Source of the DNA: Camelus ferus
Lineage: Eukaryota
Assembly (NCBI RefSeq): GCF_009834535.1
Contig: NC_045696.1
Location: forward strand, 91,762,001-91,826,000
Length of the DNA: 64,000 bases
Direction: 5' to 3'
Each line of letters begins with the position of its first letter. Positions within the stretch are counted from its first letter, which is position 1. Positions 51,810 through 63,609 of this stretch are shown here, in pieces. The position numbers and the translations under genes are program-made. Below the pieces are notes generated by a model. The model saw only the letters and a program-made list of their open reading frames with translations. It had not been told where the DNA came from and did no database searches.

Positions 51810-52095
51810 ATAGGTACAATTGACACTAAGCAGCAGAAGCAGTAGAGAATTCATCTTGAGATCAGCTGGTGCAGGACCAGAGGAGGGGCGAGGGGACCAA
51901 GTGTCCGGTGTTTTAAGAACACAACAGCTGCAACCTCACCCAATGATTCTTATGGCAGTTCTAGCTTCATGGTTTTCTAAGCATCTCTAGGCCCCATTCT
52001 CCTTATCACCTTCTCAGAGATTCTGAACATCTAAATAATATCCTTTCGATAAATGCCTTTGATGATTAAATTGGAGTCAGCTTTTACTCTTTATC
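51810..52095 (+). mobile_element. Probable ERVL-type LTR fragment (LTR33-like) within antisense L1 debris
   Basis: 3' end taatatcctttcgataaatgcctttgatgattaaattggagtcagctttt resembles the LTR33/LTR16 terminus; GC-richer than its flanks. Confidence 0.45.
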
Positions 52096-52829
52096 TGTAG
52101 TCATTGCTCCTGTTTCATTCCTTATATTTTTCATTTGTATCTTCTCTCTTCTTCTGATCAAACTTGCCAGAGGTTTGACTATTTTGTTATTTTCTTTGAT
52201 CAATGTTTTGTTTATTGATCTTCTTTACTGTATCTTTGTTCTCTATTTCCCTGACTGCTGCTCTTATTTTTACTGTATTTTTTCTTCTATGTTCTCTGAG
52301 TTTGTTCTTATGTATTTAAAGCTTTACATCTCTCGCAAAGCACCGCTTTGACTGCATCCTACAAGTTTTTGATATAGTGCTTTTCCATATTACTAAATTC
52401 CAGATATTTTATTTTACATTCATAATAATTTCTGCTTAAATCTCAAAGTTATTTAGCTTCATATTTTTGTAAAATTGTGGATAAGACAAGGATGCCCACC
52501 AACCCTATTCTATTCAACACTATATGTAGTCCTGGCCAGTATATAATATGTCATGAACCAATGATTATGAGTGATTCAACTGAATGTTCCTGAGGTCCCA
52601 TGGGGAAAAAAAAAAAAAGAAAAAACAAGAGGTAGAGAAACTTAACAAGCTTCCAGGTAAATGAATGAGTTATCTTTAAAGGAAAAAGAATCAGAGCTGC
52701 AGCAGACTTCTCATTTGCAACACTGAAAGCTAGAAGTCAAACCATTAGCATATACAATCTACTGAGAAAAAAGAACTCAAGTATCCTACCCCTAGCTAAG
52801 TTACCATTACATCCATCAAGTTGAGAAAT

Positions 52830-55570
52830 ATATTTTATTTTGAACTTATAAGGAACATTTACAAAACTTGATCATGCACTCAACAGAAAGAAAAGCTTAA
52901 AAAATTCAAAGAGGTTATGTTACATTATTTAATCAGAATATCCTGAAGTTAAAAAAATAATAAAAAAGTAACTCTCTTCCAAAGCAATTAAGTACTTAGA
53001 AATTAAGAAATATATTCCTAGATAACCTTTCGACTTAAGGAAAAAATGAGAAATTACAGAGTATTTAGATAGCATTGAAAAGGAAAATAATTCATATTAA
53101 AAGCTATGAGACACAAAGTTTATGCAAAAAAATTTTATACTTTGAAATGCCTCTATTATTAAACCAAAAAGATGAGGAAAAACATAATTTAGAAGTCCCT
53201 TCAGAAGTCTGAAAAATAAGAATAAAAACAAAAAAGAAGCCAGGAAGAAAAAAGTAATAAACATAGAAGTGAAAAGTAATGTCATCGAAAATAAAAGTAG
53301 TAGAAAGCATTCAAAAGCTAGTTCTTTGGGTGTCTGATAAATAATAAGAGATAAATAAAAATAGACAATGTTCAAAATCAGAAATGAGGTATAACCACAG
53401 ACAGAGCAGATATTTTAAAAATAAGAGTATTACATGCCATATTATGAGTACAAATCTGAAATCTAGATAAAAAGAATTATTTCTTGTCAAAATATAAATA
53501 ATCAAAGCTGAACTGAGAAGAACTGAAGATTTAAATAGCTAAATTACTACAGAAAACTCTGGAAATATTACATAACTACCACTGAAAGAGGCTTCAGAAT
53601 CAGATGAGTTCATAATTGAATCTTAATGATCACTGGGTTCATAATCAAGTTTTATGTAACTTTTAAAAAACTGATAATCAAATGTTATTAAACCTATTCA
53701 TTTATTAACGTCACTTAATTTTAACACAAAACTCTGAAAGAATTGGTGCCCTGTAATAAATAAAAATTATAGACCATTCTCATTTATATAGGTACTGAAC
53801 TGATAAATAAAATATAACCATGTAGAAAATGATATATAAAAAGTAAGTTATGTAGGATTTACTCCACAAAAACAAAGATGCTTCAATATCAGGAAATTTA
53901 GTAATACTAATCCATTTTACCAGTTGGTTAAAGGAGAAAAAACAAGCTATTATATGAATAGATGCTGAAAAGGCATTTAACAAAATACAAAAGCATTTCT
54001 AATAAAATATCTAAGTAAAGTTGGAATAGAAGGAAAATATTTGATTAAAAATAAACAATATTTACCAAAAACCAAACATCAGATATAATTCCAAGTGGCA
54101 AAATGCCAAATGATTTCAATTAAAATCAGGAAGTAGACATGGATGATCACTGTCACCATCAGTGTTTAACACAGTCTTAACAGTTCAAATGGATTTAATA
54201 AGATATCAACAAGATATGAAAATAAAAATAAAATATATAAACACTGGAAAAGAATAGATAAACTCTTTTGGAGGGATGTTGGGGCTGGTGATATAATTGT
54301 ATAACTAGAAAACCTAAGACACATTAATAAAAACTACTAGAATTAAAATGAGAACTTTGCAAATTTAGTGGATATAAGACAAACAGAAAAATCAATAGCC
54401 TTTCTTTCTTCTATTAATACCAAGACACTGAGATAGAGAAAATAGTTCATTCACAGTAGATTAAAAAATGATAGTCATAAATTTTAAAAGAATGGCAAAA
54501 AAACATAGTCAAATAAAACTATAAAATCATATTAAAGAACATAAAACATTTAAAGAAATGAAAAGACATACCATATTCTTGATTGAGAAAACTTTTATAA
54601 TATTAAGAAGACTTAATATCACTAAAACTAAGTCTCTAAAAATTAGTATAAATATTATAAAATAAACTTTTATAATATTAAGAAGACTTAATATCACTAA
54701 AACTGTCAAGTCTCTAAAAATTAGTGTTAAAAAAATTAGTGCAATCTCAATTAGAATCCCTGCTGGGATTAGAATTGAATGAAATTATCTTAAAGTTTAT
54801 GTAGAAGAATAACTGCCTGTGAATAAATATGAAAGAAAAGTATACAGATTTGAAGAGAAAATCTTTACTGGATATCTATCAGAGTCTTTGAATTAGAGGT
54901 TATTAATAAAGGATATTAAAGTTCAAATCGAAAAATAACTGCCACCAAATACATATTTAAAAAGTAAGGACAGAGGAAGAGAAAGACTTATCAGCTATGA
55001 GAATATGCTATTAAGTCAAATGAATATGATATTAATGCTACATCTAATAAATTAGTGGAACAAAAAAGAGAACATAATAATAGATGCTGATATATATATG
55101 AAATTTTGACATATGATAGATAGTAACTTTAATTAGTGGGAAAAGGATGGATAATTTAACATGTAATACTGATGCAACTGGCTATGCATTTGGAAAGAAT
55201 AAAGCTGGATGCCCAAATCTCATGTCATATGAAAAATTCCATACATATTAATGACATAAATGAAAGAAAACGTGAGACCATATGTATAACCTAGAAATGG
55301 AACAGACTGTTTTAACCAAGACTAACTAGAAATTATAAAAGGTAGTAATTTGATCATACCAAAATGAAAAACTTTGATATGGTACAATTTACTGTAAAAA
55401 GTCAACAGACAAATTACACATTAGAAATACACTGAAAATAGAAGATTAATAAATACTATACCTGCTCTTAAAATTTATTAAGGAAAATTCTAGTAATGCA
55501 ATAGAAAATTGGCAAAATCTATGAATAGGTAATTCACAAAAGAAAAAATTAAAATATCTGATTTTCAAAT
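52830..55570 (+). mobile_element. Highly decayed ancient L1 (L1ME-type) ORF2
   Basis: Collinear ORF2 landmarks: ggaacatttacaaaacttgatcat; aattatagacc; atagatgctgaaaaggcatttaacaaaatacaa; aaaatcaggaagtagacatggatg; aaaagacataccatattcttgattg; atagaaaattggcaaaa. Confidence 0.75.
54589..54725. repeat. Tandem duplication, about 75-bp period
   Basis: aaacttttataatattaagaagacttaatatcactaaaact(gtc)aagtctctaaaaattagt at 54589 and 54664. Confidence 0.9.
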
Positions 55571-55824
55571 TTATGTTTGGTTTCATAATGCTTCCAAATT
55601 CATATGACCACTTATATTCTCTTCCATAACTAGTTTCTCTCCAGATTTCCCTAATCTGTGATGTGATCCCTCCATTAAAGACCCTCAAGCAAAGAGGTTA
55701 AGAGCCCCCTGTGACTTCTTTCTCTTGCTTGTCTACGCAGCCAGGTATTCACCTCCGGTCCTGGAAGTCTTTTCAACCTTGATTCTATTTGAGCCTTTCC
55801 ACTGTGGCCATGGAGAGGGCCACA

Positions 55825-56060
55825 GAGATACAGTGGGATGAGCATAAGCCTCGGAGTTCAACTAGGTTTGCTTTCATTCTCTGCCATTGACCAGCTATGT
55901 GGGAACAGGCATGTTACCTTTCTGTGCCTTGATTCTCTCCTCTAAGATGGGATAATTATACCTGTTTTCCATGGTCACTGTGAGAATTAACTGGAGTAAT
56001 TTATATATAGGGCTAACATGGTGTCTAATACACATTAGGACCTTAAAAATGTCAGTTCCC
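55825..56060 (+). mobile_element. MIR SINE
   Basis: ctctgccattgaccagctatgtg...ggcatgttacctttctgtgccttgattctctcc...aagatgggataattatacct...gtgagaattaa. Confidence 0.7.
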
Positions 56061-56761
56061 TTCCCTACTTCAGGTTCTTATGGCTAGTCTAGGGACTGGG
56101 TTACTAGCAAAGATGTTTTCTGATTGGCTAACTGACTTCAATTCTTTGACGTTCAGAACACCTCCATACGTTGCTAACAGCTTAATTTTGCTAAAACACT
56201 GCTTGTGTTATATCATTCTCCTGATTTTCAGTTTTCAATGATTCCTTACTGCCTTTAGGAAAAAGTATAAACGCCATACCGTAGCCTTACTTCCAAGATC
56301 ATCATTGCTCTAAGGTAAAAATTTAAAATCTTTGCCCAAGGTTCCCAAAACATATTTTTTAATCTTTTCATTTGGAAAAAGGAAGGAATGCCTAAAAATT
56401 TGGAATCACCTTATATAACAGCACATACTGTATTTCACCTCGATATTCTAAACCACCATCTACTGAGGATAATGATATAGGAAAGTAAATTCCACTGTTT
56501 TCCTGAAATACCACTTTGTACCTGAAATGTATTTAGTATATTTCCACTTAAGTCTTGCCACTCTAAACGGCAGAATAGGCATGGATGATAACAAACATTT
56601 ATCACAGAAACTGTTATTGGCATCATTACTAACAATTAGGCATATTTTCAACACAAACTAATTAAAACAAGATTTTGTTAGAATTATAAGAAAAATAAAA
56701 ATTTAGACATTTCTTTACTTTGGCTATCTGCTAAAAATGGCAAAAAATAACTCTCTTTTAC

Positions 56762-56947
56762 CTAGTACTTCTTTTTGCAAGCCATGGCATCTGATTTGCA
56801 AGTTTACTTCCTGTTGTTTGGATGTCTGAATCTGCTGAGACCTCAATATGGCTGCATCTGACAATAATTTCAGATTTTTCATTTCCTCTTCAAGGCATAC
56901 ATTATTTCTCTGGGACACTGTCAAACTTTTATTTAGTATCCTTATTT
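56762..56947 (-). CDS. LEKR1: LEKR1 internal coding exon (186 nt, phase 1-1): (E)IRILNKSLTVSQRNNVCLEEEMKNLKLLSDAAILRSQQIQTSKQQEVNLQIRCHGLQKEVL(D)
   Basis: Acceptor attttctttacAG, donor AG|GTAAAA; open frame; matches recalled human EIDILNKSLTVSQRNKVCLEKEMKNLKLLSDAAILRSQQIRTSRQQEVNLQTRCYDLQKEVL; joins the 22149 exon across a 34.6-kb intron. Confidence 0.95.
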
Positions 56948-59900
56948 CTGTAAAGAAAATTCAAAGTTTACCAATAGGTAACATTGAATCATAAAATGGC
57001 TCTCCAAGAAAATGACTATTTTCTTTTAGAAAATTAATAGTTAAAAGTCAAGATGACTTTTCTAAGTATAGTGCTACCTAACCAAAAGATTAAATTTTAA
57101 TTGAGTAGTTATTCTGAAAAAGAAATGAGAAAAAGGATTGTATTGCTAAATGAGGCATGAAACACTTAAATTCTATTAAATGGCAATCCTGTCTGCTTTT
57201 TAAATACTCACATGAATGAATAACACAATACCTGTGTAATATTCTGGGTTTTATTGAAATTAAATTGTTTTCTTGGCAACATGATTCAGAAAAGCAAATT
57301 TAAATATGCTAGCATGAGCTGGTTGGGAGGCATTTCTAGAAGATAACCAGGATACATTCTATACGAATTATGAAGAAAGGTGGGAGGGGTGGAGAGAAAT
57401 AAAAGGATACAGTGTCTAAAACCAATAATTTTATGGGCAGAAAGTATTAGTTAATATACCTTAATGAGACTAATAACACTCTGTCCCCTCAAAATGAGAC
57501 AAGAATTTCATCATAGTAATCACTTCTCATTATTCTGTCTGCTTAGATTAAGTTTAATAAAAATATGCCTTCACAGCATTATGTAGATATAAATGTGCTA
57601 ATTTTATATAATTTTGTGAGAAATGCATGGAACGTATTATCCTCAGAATGGTAATTATCAAGCTCTCCCTTCATCAGTCTTTTTAGCACTGCAGTCTTAA
57701 GCCATTAAAGTACACAAACGCACACGAAATAATAATAAAAATACTATAAAATTTGTACAACCACAATTAACTGAATCAATGAAGCTGTGATCTACACGAA
57801 AATCTGGACAGTCTGCTTTTCCAGAGAGTTCACTTGGCATTCCCTTCCTTGCTTAGTTATCCTGGATCATGTGATGGGTTTAGCATGTGATTGGGTATCA
57901 AAGAGGGTCTGCTTGGTTTATTGGTCTTGGAGCCACCACAGCAGAAATAGCAACCACATGGGCCAGTGAAGACCAGAAGTAGACAGCCATGGGGCAGACA
58001 CGGCACATAGCTGCAGAGGCAATATGGCCAGTAAATGGTTACAGAAATAACACAGTATGCTGAACAGAGCACTGAGAAGAGAGCATGCCTTAAGAAGACG
58101 GATGAGTAGGATAAGGAATGTGGTCCAAGAAGAGAAAGGCAAGACATCTTTCTGTGGGAAGAAAGTCTGCCTGGAAGAAAAAGTGGCATTTAAGGTAGAC
58201 CTAGGGCATGAACACAAGGGGTCTGGCACCTTCTTCATCTTTAACTTCTACTCAAAACGGAAAACCTAGAGAAATAAACTGGCAGGGACCAAGTAAGTGG
58301 GTCTTCTATATACCAATGATTCCTTTTTATATGGAAATTTTTCCCCTAGGAATAGCTATATGCTACTAAAAATTTATGGATGTGTTCCCATTTGTGTGAT
58401 GAAAACTACTAGCACAGTAGTACGTAGAATTTTTAAAAGACTGTAGTTAAAGAAAATAAGGAGGTTGCAATTTTTCTTCAGACCTAAAAACTCCAGGGTA
58501 TTTTTGTAGCCAGAAACATGGCTTCTCATGGCTGAATAAACTGTACTGTACCTAACCGTATCTGTCTGTGATTGAGTCAGAGTGACACTGCAGAGGAGCA
58601 TGCACATGCTGTCACCTATTTATCGTCTGCCAGAAGGATACTGCTTGGGTTTGCAGGCTGACTGTTAGTGCACACTACTATCTGTCTCTAAAATAACTAC
58701 TCATGTCAATGTGACTTTCTACCTAACATTAAAAGAATAAGAATCTGCAATACAAATTCATTTGTGAAATATATTCTAATACATGGAAAAAAGTACAGCA
58801 AGATTTCAAAACTAACAGGAGGTACAATGTTTCTAACATGGAATTAGGAGAGTAAATTCAACAGGGGTCAATTAATTTACCCTTGGCAAACTATACATCC
58901 CCTGTAGCTATGGCAATCCTAATGTCAAACATTCATTCCTTTATTTGCCATTAATACAACTTCCTAATTGTCAGTCATGTGTCTCAGTTTGGGGTTCTGA
59001 AATTATGATCAATCTATTTTGGAAATTGGACCTATCTTACGCTTTCCCTGTCCTTGCGTGACCCCATGAGGAAGGTCCTCCTAGCCTCATACATTAGACC
59101 TACCACAGCTCTTATGCTACCTCTGCCTCTGACTCAATCTGAAACTCACATCAGTTACACCATTTCTATGGCACTGATCACATGCATACATGTGATCTAC
59201 TACTGGACTGTTATCTTAGGCCAGAGGTAATATCTCATTCATTTTTTAGTCCAATAATTTCTACCACAACATCCTCGAATTAACAGAACCTCAATAAATA
59301 CCTACTAAATGAGGTTTCCACTACATGACTAGTTGACAGTCCTAAATATGTGTTTGTCTTACCTCACCCTTCATTTCAGAGGCAAGTATTTTGAGCCCCA
59401 AATTATTTAATGTCAGACTCGGTAAGGCAATAAACACACATCAAAAAGAAGGAAACATTTTTAATAGGATAAGCAAATAGGCCTATTCTAGCCCTAATTT
59501 CATCAATTTTATGAAAAATGTGGACTACATTTCCAAGCCTAATTCAGAACTTGAATTTTAAAAGTTTAAGGGTTATTCAGTCAATAGTTATTTTGAGAGT
59601 GGAAGCAAATTGATTCTAAACTTGCTAAGTATTCTGCCTTGGTAAAAATACTACTTTTTTTCTAAAATTTCTTCCACTAAAATAGGTATATTCTGGTTTG
59701 AGGAAAAACTAATCTATGAACAAGTAAACTTAAAAATATTGTTATATAAAGTGATAATCACTCAGTAAAGAGTAGGAAATACTTCATTTCTATCTGCTAT
59801 TTAATATTCAGCATATTTTGTCAGCAAGAAAATATTAAACAATGCCTTTTCCTAGAAACTTTGTTCCTGTTTTAGAACTTGATTTTAAATGTAAATTAAT

Positions 59901-59958
59901 TTTAATGTGCAAATCTTCTAAAGTGTCTGAATAATGTGTGCAGTGTATATGGGGTTTA

Positions 59959-60337
59959 CTACATTAGTTTGCTGGGGCTGCCATCACAAAGTAGAGATTG
60001 ACTTTCTCACAGTTCTGTAGGCTAGAAGTCTGAGATTAAGGCATTAGCTAGGTTGGTTTCTTTTGAGAGTCATGAGGCATAGATCGGTTCCAGGCCTCTC
60101 TCCTTGGCTTACAGATGCCGTCTTCTCCTTGTGTCTTCGCACGGTCTTCCGTCTTTGTGTGTATGTTTCCAAATTTCCTCTTCTTATAAGGACACCAGTC
60201 AAACTGGATTAGAGCCCACCAACTTAAATTTAATTATTTCTTTAAGAACTCTAATTCCAAATACAGTTATATTCTGAGGTACTGGGGAGTTAGGACTTTA
60301 ACACATGAATTTGAGAGACACATTTCAGCCAATAACA
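59959..60337 (-). mobile_element. MaLR solo LTR (MLT1A/B-like)
   Basis: attagtttgctggggctgccatcacaaagta...ctcacagttctgtaggctagaagtctgagattaagg...tcttataaggacaccagtc...attctgaggtactgggg...ttcagccaataaca. Confidence 0.9.
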
Positions 60338-61144
60338 CTATATATTTTAGAATAGTTATTGGCATTTATATTGTGATTATAAGTATGGAAAAATGGATGA
60401 GCATGTGGAGGTATAGAAGATAAAATGGAAAAATGAAAACAATTGAGTTAGAGGAACTAGTATTTATTTTGCTTCTTAAAAAAATGTTTCGAACTTCGTT
60501 TTATGTCAGCTTTTCAAATGAAGAACTATACCATGCAGAATCAACTCACACCATAAGGCTATATCCATGGAGATCAAAAATAAAAGCTGGTATTTTAAAA
60601 AAAAAAGTATTTGTTATTTAAAATGTGTGTAATGTTGTCAAAGTTTGTAGCCAAAACATGTTTTTAGCTTTTAAAATAAGTGTTATATAATTTGCTAGCT
60701 GACACAAGTTTAATTAATATTATTGATCTCAGACAATCAATTTATTTGCCTTGATAAGATTTTTCTGTTGTTCTTAGTCCTATTAGCTTAGTTAAATGCA
60801 CTTGAAATTATGTTAGGTGATTATGTTTTTAGGAAGGCTCTATAACCTTACTACCAAGGCATATTGATGTAATATAAACTAGCATTTAAAAAACCTCAGA
60901 GACTAGATTTATTATTTAATGAAGGGATCATAAAATACTATATAGATAGATTAAATTTTTTTTTTTTATTTTGAAATACTTAGATTTACAGAAAGTTGTA
61001 AGGAAGCGATTAGGGAGATCCTGTGCCATTTTTCCTCCTCCCTTCTCCATGCTGACATTTTGTATAAGTATAGTACACTATCAAACTAAGAAACTGATCT
61101 TGGTACAGTCCATGGAGCTAATTCAGATTTCACCAGTGATACAC

Positions 61145-61148
<4 letters not shown>

Positions 61149-61190
<42 letters not shown>

Positions 61191-61196
61191 CGCACA
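61149..61196. repeat. (TG)17(CG)5(CA)2 alternating purine-pyrimidine microsatellite
   Basis: Read directly. Confidence 0.95.
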
Positions 61197-62375
61197 TAGC
61201 CCTATGCAATTTTAGCACACATGTAGCTTTGTATAACTATCAATAAAATAAAAATACAGGATTGTTCTATCACCACAAAGCTGCCATCTTCTACCCCTTT
61301 ATAGGTGCACCTACTCCTATCCCCACCATCCCTAATCCCTGGCAACAACTAACCCATTCTCCTTCTCTATAATTTTATTTCAAGAATGCTTATAAATAGA
61401 CTCATAGAGTATGTAACCTTGTCGAGGCTGGATTTTTTTCATTCAGCATAGTCCCTTGACCATGTATTAATAAACTGTACCTCTTTAATTGCTGAGTAGT
61501 GTTCCATTGCATGGATGTAGCATAGTTTGCTCTTCATTCATTGAAGGACATTTGGGTTGTTCCCAGTTTGGGCTATTATGAATAAAGCTGCTATGAACAT
61601 TGAGGTGTAAGTTTCTGCATGAACATAGGTTTTCATTTCTCTGGGACAAATGCCTGAAAGTACAATTGCTGGGTCATGTGGTAAGCGCATTTTTAGTTTT
61701 AGAGAAAACTGCAAAATTATCTTCTAGAACAGCTGCACCATGTTATATTCCCATCAGCAAAGTTGAGTGATTTGGTTTCTCTGATCCTTGTCAACACTTG
61801 GTATACTCAGTTAAAATTTTAGACATTGCAATAGAAGTATAGTAGTATCTCATGGTTTTAATTTGCATTTCCCTAATGGCTAATGACGTTGAACATTTTT
61901 TTCTTGTGCTTATTTGACATCTGTGTATCTGCTTTGATGAAGTTTCTACTCCGATATTTTACTCATTTTCTTATTGGACTTTTTTTTTTGATGTAGAGCT
62001 TTGAGAGTTTTTAAAAAGTAGATTCTAGATACTAGACTTTTCTCAGATTTGTGCTTTGCAAATACTTGCCTTTCCATCCTCTTAACAGGGTCTTTCACAG
62101 AGCAAAAGTTCTTAATTTTGCTGAGATCCAACTTATTAATTTTTCCTTTTATGAGTTCAAGTCTAAGAACCTAGGTTACAAAGATTTTCTTTTTCTCTAT
62201 AATTTTAATAATTTTGTGTTTTACATTTAAGTTTATGATCCATTTTGAGGTAATTTTCGTGTAAGGTATGAGGTTTGGATCAAAGTTTTAGATTTCCAGC
62301 ACCACTTGTTGAAAAGGCGAGGCTATTCTTCCTCTATTGAATTGCTTGTGCACACTTGTCAAAAACCAGTTGGGC

Positions 62376-62544
62376 TGTATAAAACAAACAAGCTACAAGG
62401 ATATGTTGTACAAACAGGGAATATACCCAATATTTTATAATAACTATAAATGAAATATAACCTTTAAATATTGTGAATCACTATGTTGTACACCTGAAAC
62501 TTAAATAACATTATACATAAGCTATACCTCAATTAAAAAAAAAA
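62376..62544 (+). mobile_element. Short 5'-truncated L1 3' end
   Basis: aagctacaaggatatgttgtacaaacagggaatatacccaatattttataataac...tgaatcactatgttgtacacctgaaact...tatacctcaattaaaaaaaaaa; TSD cagttgggc at 62367-62375 and 62545-62553. Confidence 0.9.
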
Positions 62545-62584
62545 CAGTTGGGCATATTTGTGTAGGTCTAAATAAATGGCTATA

Positions 62585-63275
62585 TTTTTTAATTTTTAAA
62601 ATTTAATTGAGAAATAAGACATACATCACTGCATAAGTTTAAGGTGTACAACATGATGGTTTAATTTACATATATTGTGAAATTAATTTTCCACACAAGG
62701 TTTAGGTAACATTCATCATCTTATATACACAATAAAAAGAAAAAAATTTTCTACATGTGCTGAGAACTCTTAGGATCTATGCTCTTAACAACTTTCCCTT
62801 ATATCATACAGCAATGTTAACTATGGTTATCATGTTATATACCTAGTTCTTATTTATCTTAAAATTGGAAGTTTGAACATTTTGACGACCTCCCTCCAAT
62901 TCTCCCCTCCCCACCTCCCCACCTCTGATAACCACAAATCCGATCTCTTTATGAGTTTGATGTATAGTTTTTTGTTTGTTTGTTTTTTGTTTTTCTAGGT
63001 TTCACATATAAGTGAGATCATATGATATTTGTCTTTCTTTGACTTCTTTCACTTAGCAAATGCCTTCATGTTGTCCCAAATTATAGGATTTCAGTTTTTA
63101 TAGCTAAATAATATTCCATTTTATATATACATCACAATTTCTTTATCCAATTCATCCGTCAGTGGACACTTAGGTTGTTTCCATATCTTGGCTATTGTAA
63201 ATCATGCCACTGTGAACATGGGGGTGCAGACATAGTTAGTTTTGAGCTAGTGTTTTCATTTCCTTTGGAGAATAT
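62585..63275 (-). mobile_element. L1MA-like 3' end, antisense on +
   Basis: tttaattgagaaataagacatacatcactgcataagtttaaggtgtacaacatgatg...cctctgataaccacaaatc...cacatataagtgagatcat...ggacacttaggttgtttccatatcttggctattgtaaat. Confidence 0.85.
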
Positions 63276-63609
63276 ATAATTTTTTAAACTATTGGTGAAG
63301 AGCATTAATTTTGTTCCCTTATTTAGGAGAAGAGCTACAAGTCCACCAAATGAACACTTCTGCAGGATAAATGAAAATCTAATACAACAGAAGGAATGTG
63401 GACTTCAGAATAAAAAAAGAATAATTTTAGTTACAACCCTCTCCTCTGACAACTCCTCCTCCTCCCCACCAACACTGATGAGATAACTGACCAATCCAGG
63501 ATGTCAGTTGCTGGTTGGGTTCCAGGTGGAATGTTGGGGTGTTCCCTGGGGCTTGTTGTGGCTGGTGGATCCACGGTAACTGGGCAGAGCCCTGTGGTGG
63601 ATCAGTGCC

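Larger units (their letters stand above)
60956..62570 (-). mobile_element. L1MC-like 3' region, antisense on +, interrupted by a microsatellite and a short L1
   Basis: Poly-T then attttgaaatacttagatttacagaaagttg...taatccctggcaacaactaa...gaaggacatttgggttgttcccagtttggg...tttgcatttccctaatggctaatga...ccagcaccacttgttgaaaag. Confidence 0.85.

Noticed and set aside
57787..58269. Overlapping ORFs in a purine-rich unique stretch
   Set aside because: No recognisable protein or convincing splice sites; may be an ancient LTR remnant but I cannot assign it.
63292..63486. 64-aa ORF as an upstream coding part of the cTAGE-like gene
   Set aside because: Non-ATG start, no cTAGE/MIA2 similarity, and it stops before the leader; a further in-frame TAA precedes the ATG at 63610.
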